Shown here in pieces: positions 1 to 8,018 of a stretch of 24,000 bases of DNA (its first letter is position 1; each line of letters opens with the position of its first letter). The notes beneath the pieces are model-generated. The model was given only the letters and a program-made list of their open reading frames with translations. It was not told the DNA's origin and ran no database searches. The translations under genes and the position numbers were made by a program. Origin of the DNA: Alphaproteobacteria bacterium (lineage in GTDB: Bacteria > Pseudomonadota > Alphaproteobacteria > ATCC43930 > CGMCC-115725). The stretch lies in assembly GCA_021325525.1 (NCBI GenBank), contig JAJPHB010000057.1:8878-32877 (forward strand), given 5' to 3'.

Positions 1-408
1 TTGGCCTACACCTTCTTTCCCTCGCGCGCGCCCGGCGAGGGAAAGCCCCTCGACCGCTTCGCGCCGCCCGGAATCGAGCGCGGCCAGCAGCTCTTCGCGA
101 CGCGCTGCGCCGCCTGCCACGACCTCGACCGCAACAAGGCTGGGCCGCTCCTCGGCGGCGTCGTCGGGCGCCGCGCGGGCGCCGTCGCCGGCTATCATTA
201 TTCGGCGGCGCTGCGCGAGGCGGGCATCGCCTGGTCGGCAGAGAGCCTCGACAAATGGCTCGCCGATCCCCGCGCCTTCCTCCCCGGCGCGCGCATGCCG
301 ATCAAGGTGACCGACGCTGCGGCCCGGCGCGACATCATCGCCTATCTGAAGAGCCTCGCGCCGAAGACGGGCGCGACGGCGCCGGCACAGCCCGCGCCGC
401 GCGGGTGA
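1..408 (+). CDS. Class I c-type cytochrome (cytochrome c2/c550-like), 5'-truncated by the window edge
   Basis: The ORF is open from base 1 to TGA at 406-408. It has the heme-binding motif CAACH (C-x-x-C-H) and a distal Met context PGARMPIK, and its length after the motif is typical of small soluble cytochromes c. No signal peptide is visible, so the true N-terminus probably lies upstream of the window. The TTG at position 1 is probably an internal codon. Confidence 0.8.
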   Translation: MAYTFFPSRAPGEGKPLDRFAPPGIERGQQLFATRCAACHDLDRNKAGPLLGGVVGRRAGAVAGYHYSAALREAGIAWSAESLDKWLADPRAFLPGARMPIKVTDAAARRDIIAYLKSLAPKTGATAPAQPAPRG

Positions 409-2031
<1,623 letters not shown>

Positions 2032-2200
2032 AGCGTACTCCTCCTCGGCGCACTTTATTTGGAATTAACCATGTTCGGCATTTGGCTTGCGTTACGCGGC
2101 CGGCGCGCAGCTAAACACGCCGGCCAGCGCCGGCGCAACGGGTCGGCAACGCAACTGCGAAAGGCGAACATCGAGCCGCGGGGTTTGTTCCGACCGCCCC

Positions 2201-2914
2201 TCAACCCTGGCGCTGGCGAGCCTCGCGGGCGAGCCGCGCCAAGGTGCTGCGCACCGCTCCGGCGTCGGCGAGCCTCTCGGTGAAATCGAGCCGCGCCACC
2301 TCGCCGCCGCGCCGGAGGTCGAGCCCTTCCGCATCGATCCCGGTCATTCGCCAGCCCCGTCCAGCCCGGCCGCAGATCCGTTCGGCATAGAGCTGCACGG
2401 CCTCGGCATGATCATCATTCATGTGGCGCAGAATGTCGGCCTCGAAGCCGGCAAGGGCATCGAGCCCCGGCGGCAGCAGCGCCGCTCCCTCGATCCAGTG
2501 GATTTGCCCGAAACCGGCGACGAGGTGGGCGCGCGCGACGGCAATCCGGTAGAGGCCGAAATCGGCGAAGCCGGCATAGGTTTCGGCGGCGGGGTGACGA
2601 GCGCGAAAGCGGGCGAAGAGCGCCGCGTCCTCGACTTTTTCGGCGCGGCCCAGCACCGTCACGCGCGCGCCCGTCAACGGGTCCGCGAGCCCGGCCGTCC
2701 CGTCGAAGAGGAGCGAGACGCGCGGCTCGGCCGCGATGTTCTGGGTGTGCCGCGCCAGAGTGGAGAGAAGGAGGAGCGGCGCGCCGTCGGGCGCCGTCGC
2801 GACGAGGACGAGCGAGGCATAGGGCCAGCCCTCGAGCGCGGTCGCGAGGCTCGCCCGGTCGAGGCTGCGCAGGAGCCGGCGCGCGATGGTCGCGGGCGAG
2901 GGAGCTGCGGCCAT
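2201..2914 (-). CDS. PNPOx-like split-barrel protein with C-terminal DUF2470 (HugZ/heme-utilisation-related family)
   Basis: I place the start at ATG 2914 (MAAAPSPATIARRLL...); the longer track ORF to 3175 is Pro/Arg-rich junk. The N-terminal half resembles pyridoxamine-5'-phosphate-oxidase-like FMN/heme-binding barrels (ASLATA...PYASLVLVATAPDGAPLLLLSTLARHTQN...PRVSLLF). The C-terminal ILRHMNDDHAEAVQLYA block is the typical DUF2470 signature. Confidence 0.7.
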   Translation of the reverse strand: MAAAPSPATIARRLLRSLDRASLATALEGWPYASLVLVATAPDGAPLLLLSTLARHTQNIAAEPRVSLLFDGTAGLADPLTGARVTVLGRAEKVEDAALFARFRARHPAAETYAGFADFGLYRIAVARAHLVAGFGQIHWIEGAALLPPGLDALAGFEADILRHMNDDHAEAVQLYAERICGRAGRGWRMTGIDAEGLDLRRGGEVARLDFTERLADAGAVRSTLARLAREARQRQG

Positions 2915-2971
2915 GATCCGACTTGATATCGGCGGCACCGGCCGGGGGTCAAGCCGCGCCGCCGCGCCGGG

Positions 2972-3001
2972 TTGACGCCGCCGCCCCGGCGAGGGGACAA
3001 T
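2972..3001 (+). promoter_or_regulatory. Candidate sigma70-type promoter for the small lipoprotein gene
   Basis: TTGACG (2972-2977), an 18-nt spacer, then GACAAT (2996-3001), about 30 nt upstream of the 3033 start. This is pattern match only. Confidence 0.2.
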
Positions 3002-3032
3002 TCGCTTGCTGCGAGGCAGGCGGGGAGGGCGG

Positions 3033-3302
3033 ATGAGGAGAGGCGTCACGACAGCGGTCCTGGGGGCGATTCTTGTCGCTGCCTGCTCCGGCGCGCCACG
3101 CGCGACCAACGCCGCGGTCGAAGCCTGCCAGCGCGCGGCGCGCGAGCAGGGGCTCGGCGGCGCCGACCAGCTCACCGTCGCGCCGACGGGCGAGGGCCGC
3201 TACAGGGTCGTGCTCGACGTCGTCGACGACAATGGCGACCGCCAGGCGGTCTGCGACTACGATCCCAAGGCGGGCGCCCGCATCCAGCAGGCGGCAAAAT
3301 AG
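3033..3302 (+). CDS. Small hypothetical lipoprotein (89 aa)
   Basis: ATG at 3033 is preceded by GGGGAGGG at 3022-3029. The N-terminus MRRGVTTAVLGAILVAAC carries a lipobox (L-V-A-A-C type), and the mature part has two further Cys. High third-position GC is consistent with coding. I recognise no family. Confidence 0.55.
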   Translation: MRRGVTTAVLGAILVAACSGAPRATNAAVEACQRAAREQGLGGADQLTVAPTGEGRYRVVLDVVDDNGDRQAVCDYDPKAGARIQQAAK

Positions 3303-3477
3303 CGGGCGCCGAATCCGCCCCCCGCACTCGGCCGATAATCACCTCGCCACAATAGAGGCACTCTCTGCCCTCCGGAACGGAGAGGAGGGGCAAGTACGTA
3401 TCAGCGCCGTCAAGGCGGTCGACGGCGCGGGAATATTGGGCAAGACTGAAAGTTCACCCCGAGGAGAAGTCCGCACC

Positions 3478-4956
3478 ATGCCGCATCGCGTCCTCGCCGC
3501 CCGCATCATGCACGAGACGAACACCTTCAGCCGCGTCAAGACCGATATCGCGGCGTTCCGCCGCCGCGACTTTCATCTCGGCAACGAGATTCCTGCGGCC
3601 TATCGCGGCACGCGCTCGGCCATGGGCGCGACCTTCGAGGCGGCCGACGAGTATGGCTGGACGCTCGTCCATCCGGTCTCGGCGAGCGCCAACCCCTCGG
3701 GGCTCGTGACGCGCGAGGCTTTCGAGGAGCTGTGCCGGCTCACCCTCGGCGCCGCCAAGGAGCAGGGGCCGATCAACGGCGCGCTCCTCCATCTCCACGG
3801 CGCCATGGTGACCGACGATTTCGAGGACGCCGAAGGCGAGCTCCTCCTCCGCCTGCGCCGCGTGCTGGGGCCGGAGACGCCGATCGTCGCGACGCTCGAC
3901 CTGCACGCCAATGTGACAGAGGCGATGGCCGACAATGCCGTCCTCATCGCCTTCCGCACCTACCCGCACATCGACATGTATGAGCGCGCCTGGCAGGGAG
4001 CGCGCCTCCTCGAGCGAGCAATGCGCGGCGAGGTCCGGCCGAAGACGGTGATCGCGCGACGCCCCACCATCTACGGCCTCAACCACGGGCGGACGCAGGA
4101 AGGGCCGATGGTCGAGCTCCTGAAACGCGCCGACAAGATCGAAGCGGCGGGCGAGGCGCTCGTCGTCAGCATCTGTGCCGGCTTCACCAGAGCCGACATC
4201 CGCGATGTCGGGCCGAGCGTGACGGTGACGGGCGATGCCGGCGATCCCAATCTCCAGGCGATCGCCGAATCCTTCATGGACTATGCCTGGGCGACGCGCG
4301 ACTACAACAGCGCGAAGTTTCTCACGGTCGCCGAGGCGGTGGCGCTGGCGCGCCAAGGAAAGCCCGGCGACAAGCCGCTCGTCATCGCCGACTATACCGA
4401 CAATCCCGGCGGCGGCGGCTACGGCGATGCGACGGCGCTGCTCGCCGGCATGGTCGAGGCCGGGCTGACCGGCGTCGCCCTGCACGCCATCTGCGATCCC
4501 GAGGCGATGGAGACGGTGCTGCGCAACGGCATCGGCAAGCAGCGGCTGACGATCGGCGGCAAGGTCGACCCCAGCCTCGGCGGCGGTCCACTCACCCTCG
4601 AGGGCGAGATCGTCGCCATCACCAACGGCCAGTTCATCGCCTGGGGGCCGATGGGCGGCGGCGTCAAGCGCGATTACGGCCCGTCCGCCGTCTTCCGCGT
4701 CGGCGGCATCGATATCGTGCTCATCACCAATAACGGCCAGGCGAACGATCTGGGGCAGTTCACCTCGCTCGGCCTCGATCCCGCGCGCTATCAGACCGTC
4801 GCCGTCAAATCGATGCATCATTTCCGCGCCGCCTTCGAGCCGATCGCGCGGCAGGTCGTGCTGGTCGATACCGGCGCTCTCTGCTCCGAGACCTACACGC
4901 CCGAACTCTTCCGCAAGGTGCGGCGACCCATTTACCCGCTCGACAGGATCGAGTGA
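3478..4956 (+). CDS. M81 family metallopeptidase (MlrC/microcystinase C-like)
   Basis: ATG at 3478 has a GAGGAG SD at about 3461-3466. The N-terminal RIMHETNTFS motif, LLHLHGAMV, ATLDLHANV, FRTYPHIDM and the C-terminal DUF1485/MlrC_C-like half (ADYTDNPGGGGYGD, ...AVKSMHHFRAAF) match the MlrC-like family as I know it. The track ORF start at 3073 is an artefactual upstream extension. Confidence 0.85.
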   Translation: MPHRVLAARIMHETNTFSRVKTDIAAFRRRDFHLGNEIPAAYRGTRSAMGATFEAADEYGWTLVHPVSASANPSGLVTREAFEELCRLTLGAAKEQGPINGALLHLHGAMVTDDFEDAEGELLLRLRRVLGPETPIVATLDLHANVTEAMADNAVLIAFRTYPHIDMYERAWQGARLLERAMRGEVRPKTVIARRPTIYGLNHGRTQEGPMVELLKRADKIEAAGEALVVSICAGFTRADIRDVGPSVTVTGDAGDPNLQAIAESFMDYAWATRDYNSAKFLTVAEAVALARQGKPGDKPLVIADYTDNPGGGGYGDATALLAGMVEAGLTGVALHAICDPEAMETVLRNGIGKQRLTIGGKVDPSLGGGPLTLEGEIVAITNGQFIAWGPMGGGVKRDYGPSAVFRVGGIDIVLITNNGQANDLGQFTSLGLDPARYQTVAVKSMHHFRAAFEPIARQVVLVDTGALCSETYTPELFRKVRRPIYPLDRIE

Positions 4957-4962
4957 GGGCGG

Positions 4963-5349
4963 TCAGTCCGCGGGCGCCGAATTCTCCCGCAGCCAGGCGG
5001 CGAAGGGCTCTTCGCTGATGCCGCCTTCGGGGAAGCGGAGCATTGCCTCCACAATCGCCGCCTCTGTCGCCGTGATGGCGAAGCCATGGTCGAGGAGGAA
5101 GAGCGCGGCCGCGATGAAGGCGACGCGCTTGTTGCCGTCGACGAACGGATGGTCGCGGGCGATCCCGAAGGCATAAGCGGCAGCGAGGTCATGCACGCCG
5201 GCCTCGCCATATCCGGCGCCGTTCCGGGGGCGGGCGAGCGCGGACTGCAGCAGGCGCATATCGCGCACGCCCCGCCTGCCGCCATGCTCGGCCAGTTGCT
5301 CGTCATGGATGGCGAGGAGCACGGCCGCGCCGATCCAGCGCCAGGTCAC
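4963..5349 (-). CDS. doc: Type II toxin, death-on-curing (Doc, Fic-fold) family
   Basis: 128 aa. It has the Doc-variant Fic motif HPFVDGNKRVAF (H-x-F-x-D-G-N-K-R) and the N-terminal block IHDEQLAEHGGRRGVRDMRLLQSALARP typical of Doc. The GTG start at 5349 overlaps the upstream antitoxin stop by 4 nt (GTGA). Confidence 0.9.
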   Translation of the reverse strand: MTWRWIGAAVLLAIHDEQLAEHGGRRGVRDMRLLQSALARPRNGAGYGEAGVHDLAAAYAFGIARDHPFVDGNKRVAFIAAALFLLDHGFAITATEAAIVEAMLRFPEGGISEEPFAAWLRENSAPAD

Positions 5350-5570
5350 TTCGCGAGTTCGCGAAGCGCGTTCCGATGCGTGCGCATGATCTTGCGTCCG
5401 AGCGCCATCTGGCGCGCGAATTCCGGGTCATATGGCGTGATCCGATAGCCGTCCGGAGCCTCGGTCAGGTAGACGGTGTCGCCCTGGCCGACGCGCAGCT
5501 TCGCGAGAGCTTCCTTCGGGAGGACCAGTCCTGCCGAATTGCCGATCCGGGTGATCTTCAACGCGACCAT
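5346..5570 (-). CDS. AbrB/MazE/SpoVT-type antitoxin partner of Doc (Phd-function)
   Basis: ATG at 5570 has an AAGGAG SD (5576-5581) 5 nt upstream. The N-terminus MVALKITRIGNSAGLVLPKEALAKLRVGQGDTVYL is the swapped-hairpin AbrB/SpoVT signature (GNS-x-G-hhhP). It is translationally coupled to doc. The alternative ATG at 5615 would add 15 residues and has no SD. Confidence 0.85.
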   Translation of the reverse strand: MVALKITRIGNSAGLVLPKEALAKLRVGQGDTVYLTEAPDGYRITPYDPEFARQMALGRKIMRTHRNALRELAK

Positions 5571-5677
5571 GAAGGCTCCTTGTAGCGATCGCCACGACCG
5601 CTGGTGATCTAACATCGGTTATAACATGGCGAAGGCGAAAGCTGCCGTAAAGTCGGCTCGCGCGCAGGAAGCCAACC

Positions 5678-6388
5678 CTATTTCGCGATCTTGCCGAGCT
5701 GGGCGCGCGTCACCGGATAGAGCTCCCAGGGCGCCGGCTCGGCGCAGTCGGGATCGCGGATGCCGGGCGCGACGGCGCTGCCGGCGAAAAAGAGCTGTCC
5801 CACGATGCTGATCCGCATCGGCGGCACGGGCTTGCCGCTCTCTTTCGGGTCGGCGCCGAGGAGGACGACGTTGCGGACGGCTTCGCGCACATCCTTGTAG
5901 AGCGGCACGAGGCTCATCGCCGCGGCGGCGGCACGGGCGTTGCCGAGAAGGAACGGATCGACCGGGCTGCCGCCGATGCGGTCCGGGTCGGGCACGCCGG
6001 CGACGAGGCAGCCATGCGCGGCGCCGGCCTTGTCCTGTGCCAGCTCCAGAAGATAGGCGCCATGCGCGGCGGCAACGCGGCGGAGCCAGCCGCTCGTCGC
6101 GACGATGTCGCCCTCCTTGAGGCCGAGCGGGTTGGGGAATTCCGGGATCCGCGCGGCGCGGTAGCGAGGGTCGTCGTCGGCGATGCCGGGCGGCGCTGCG
6201 AGGCGGATGAGGTCGCCGAGCGCGACCGGCTTCGGATGCGACAGCGCATCGGGCGAGGGCACGGTCGTGCGCACGGCCCTGCGCGGCGCCGCAGCCTCTC
6301 CTTCCGGCCCGGCCGCAGCCGCCCCGGCGATGGCGCAGGCGAGGGCGGCCGGCGCGCCAGCGCGCCGCAGTTTCGAAAAGATCGGCAC
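5678..6388 (-). CDS. Hypothetical exported protein (236 aa), family not recognised
   Basis: This frame has strong third-position GC bias, unlike the overlapping Arg-rich frames. The N-terminus (MPIFSKLRRAGAPAALACAIAGAAAAG) is signal-peptide-like. The start is GTG at 6388 with no convincing SD, so the start is uncertain. Confidence 0.55.
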   Translation of the reverse strand: MPIFSKLRRAGAPAALACAIAGAAAAGPEGEAAAPRRAVRTTVPSPDALSHPKPVALGDLIRLAAPPGIADDDPRYRAARIPEFPNPLGLKEGDIVATSGWLRRVAAAHGAYLLELAQDKAGAAHGCLVAGVPDPDRIGGSPVDPFLLGNARAAAAAMSLVPLYKDVREAVRNVVLLGADPKESGKPVPPMRISIVGQLFFAGSAVAPGIRDPDCAEPAPWELYPVTRAQLGKIAK

Positions 6389-6505
6389 ATTGGCGCAAAC
6401 GAAGCCGTGGTTCCTGCGGTTTCAGCCTGCCCTTGCTTTGGCGCCGAGAAGGCGGAGAATGCGGCCACCGCCCCGTGCGGCGGCGCTGACGAAGGAAGCC
6501 CGGCC

Positions 6506-7873
6506 ATGAACCTCCACCGCCTCCTCGCGTCACGGGCCGAGGCCGGAAAGCCGGTCCGCGTCGGCGTCATCGGCGCCGGCAAGTTCGGCGCCATGTTCCT
6601 CTCGCAGGCGCTGCGGACGCCGGGGCTGCATCTCGTCGGCGTCGCCGATCTCGCGCCGGAGCGGGCGCGCGCGGCGCTGCGGCGCGTCGGTTGGCCGGAA
6701 GAGCGGATTTCGGCGCCGAGCTGGCGCGCCGCGCTCGACACCGGCACGACGCATATCGGCGAGGACGCGGCGGCGCTCATCGCGACGCCCGGCCTCGAGG
6801 TCGTCGTCGAGGCGACGGGCGTGCCGGCGGCCGGCATCCGTCATGCCCTGGCGGCAATCCGCGAGGGCCGGCACATCGTCATGGTCAATGTCGAGGCCGA
6901 TGTGCTGGCGGGGCCGCTGCTCGCCGAGAAGGCGGCGGCGGCAGGCATCGTCTATTCCATGGCCTATGGCGATCAGCCCGCTCTCATCGCCGAGCTCGTC
7001 GATTGGGCGCGCGCCTCCGGCTTCGACGTCGTCGCGGCCGGCAAGGGCACCAAATACCTCCCCGCCTTTCACGCCTCGACGCCCGATACGGTTTGGGGCC
7101 ATTACGGCCTCACCGCCGAGGAGGCGCGGCGCGGCGGGATGAACCCGCAGATGTTCAACTCCTTCCTCGATGGCACCAAATCGGCGATCGAGATGGCGGC
7201 GGTGGCGAACGGCACGGGGCTGCTGCCGAGCGCCAAAGGGGTGGGCTTTCCGCCCTGCGGGGTCGACGATCTGCCGCGCCTCTTGAAGCCCCGATCCGAA
7301 GGCGGCCTCCTCGACCACAAAGGCCAGGTCGAGGTGGTCTCGTCGCTGGAGCGCGACGGCCGGCCGGTCTTCCGCGACTTGCGCTGGGGAGTCTATGTCG
7401 TCTTCGAGGCGCCATCGGACTATGTGCGGCGCTGCTTTGCCGAATACGGCATGGTGACCGACCCGTCCGGACGCTATGCCGCGCTCTATCGCCCCTACCA
7501 CCTCATCGGCCTCGAACTCGGCATCTCCGTCGCCTCGGCGGCGCTGCGCGGCGAGGCGACGGGGGCGCCGACCGGCTTCCGCGGCGATGTCGTGGCGACG
7601 GCCAAGCGCGATCTCGCGGCGGGCGAGATGCTGGACGGCGAAGGCGGCTACACCGTCTGGGGCAAGCTCATGCCGGCAGCGCTCTCGCTCGAGCGCGGCG
7701 CGCTGCCGATCGGCCTTGCGCATCGAGTGAAGCTCCGTCGCGCCATCGCCGCCGGCGAGACGCTGTGCTGGTCGGATGTCGCCATCGACGAGACGGCTGA
7801 GGCGGTGGGGATTCGCCGCGAGATGGAGCGCCGCTTCGTCGGCCGTAACGCGCCGGCCGAGGCGGCGCAGTAG
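6506..7873 (+). CDS. NAD(P)-binding dehydrogenase-like protein with C-terminal SAF domain (predicted homoserine-dehydrogenase-like, COG4091-type)
   Basis: ATG at 6506 has a GAAGGAAG SD at 6491-6498. An N-terminal Rossmann motif VRVGVIGAGKFG is followed by EATG..., GRHIVMVNVEADV and YSMAYGDQP blocks. The C-terminal ATAKRDLAAGEMLDGEGGYTVWGKL region is typical of a SAF beta-clip. The track ORF start at 6014 is an upstream extension. Confidence 0.75.
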   Translation: MNLHRLLASRAEAGKPVRVGVIGAGKFGAMFLSQALRTPGLHLVGVADLAPERARAALRRVGWPEERISAPSWRAALDTGTTHIGEDAAALIATPGLEVVVEATGVPAAGIRHALAAIREGRHIVMVNVEADVLAGPLLAEKAAAAGIVYSMAYGDQPALIAELVDWARASGFDVVAAGKGTKYLPAFHASTPDTVWGHYGLTAEEARRGGMNPQMFNSFLDGTKSAIEMAAVANGTGLLPSAKGVGFPPCGVDDLPRLLKPRSEGGLLDHKGQVEVVSSLERDGRPVFRDLRWGVYVVFEAPSDYVRRCFAEYGMVTDPSGRYAALYRPYHLIGLELGISVASAALRGEATGAPTGFRGDVVATAKRDLAAGEMLDGEGGYTVWGKLMPAALSLERGALPIGLAHRVKLRRAIAAGETLCWSDVAIDETAEAVGIRREMERRFVGRNAPAEAAQ

Positions 7874-7886
7874 GGCCGGTCGAGGA

Positions 7887-7908
7887 GCGTTCGCGGGCGC
7901 GCGAGCGC
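7887..7908 (+). terminator. GC-rich hairpin downstream of the SAF-domain gene (possible intrinsic terminator without U-tract)
   Basis: GCGTTCGCG (7887-7895), loop GGCG, then CGCGAGCGC (7900-7908): a 9-bp stem including one G-U pair, 14 nt after the stop codon. No T-run follows, so the call is weak. Confidence 0.3.
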
Positions 7909-7947
7909 TGCGCTGCGCCGGCCCCGGAGCGCGTTCCGCTTGCCGTG

Positions 7948-7977
7948 TTGACCTTTCCGGCAATCGCGCCGAATAAT
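7948..7977 (+). promoter_or_regulatory. Candidate sigma70-type promoter of the ABC operon
   Basis: TTGACC (7948-7953), an 18-nt spacer, then AATAAT (7972-7977), each 5/6 to consensus. It sits in a locally AT-richer patch about 40 nt upstream of the ATG at 8019, whose SD is GGGAGG at 8005-8010. Confidence 0.4.
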
Positions 7978-8018
7978 GCGGACAGCAAGCGATAAGAACA
8001 CCTAGGGAGGGCGGCATC

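Noticed and set aside
2032-2200. AT-richer patch upstream of pckA (TTTATTTGGAATTAACCATG...) examined for a promoter or LacI-type operator.
   Set aside because: I could not find a convincing -35/-10 pair with proper spacing, nor a true palindrome (TGGAATTAACCA is not self-complementary). It probably holds the pckA promoter, but I cannot position it.
2915-3175. N-terminal extensions offered by the track for several genes (2201-3175, 3073-4956, 6014-7873, 13815-15461, 17540-18787, 18175-21033, 22085-23671).
   Set aside because: The extensions are Pro/Arg-rich, overlap neighbouring genes or promoters, and lack SDs. Internal ATG/GTG starts with good SDs give N-termini typical of each family (signal peptides, lipoboxes, Rossmann motif and so on).
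4957-6505. Possibility that the doc/antitoxin/orphan trio is an active mobile element.
   Set aside because: No integrase, transposase, inverted terminal repeats, flanking direct repeats or tRNA target is visible. I keep only the weaker hypothesis of an ancient insertion, reported as a finding.
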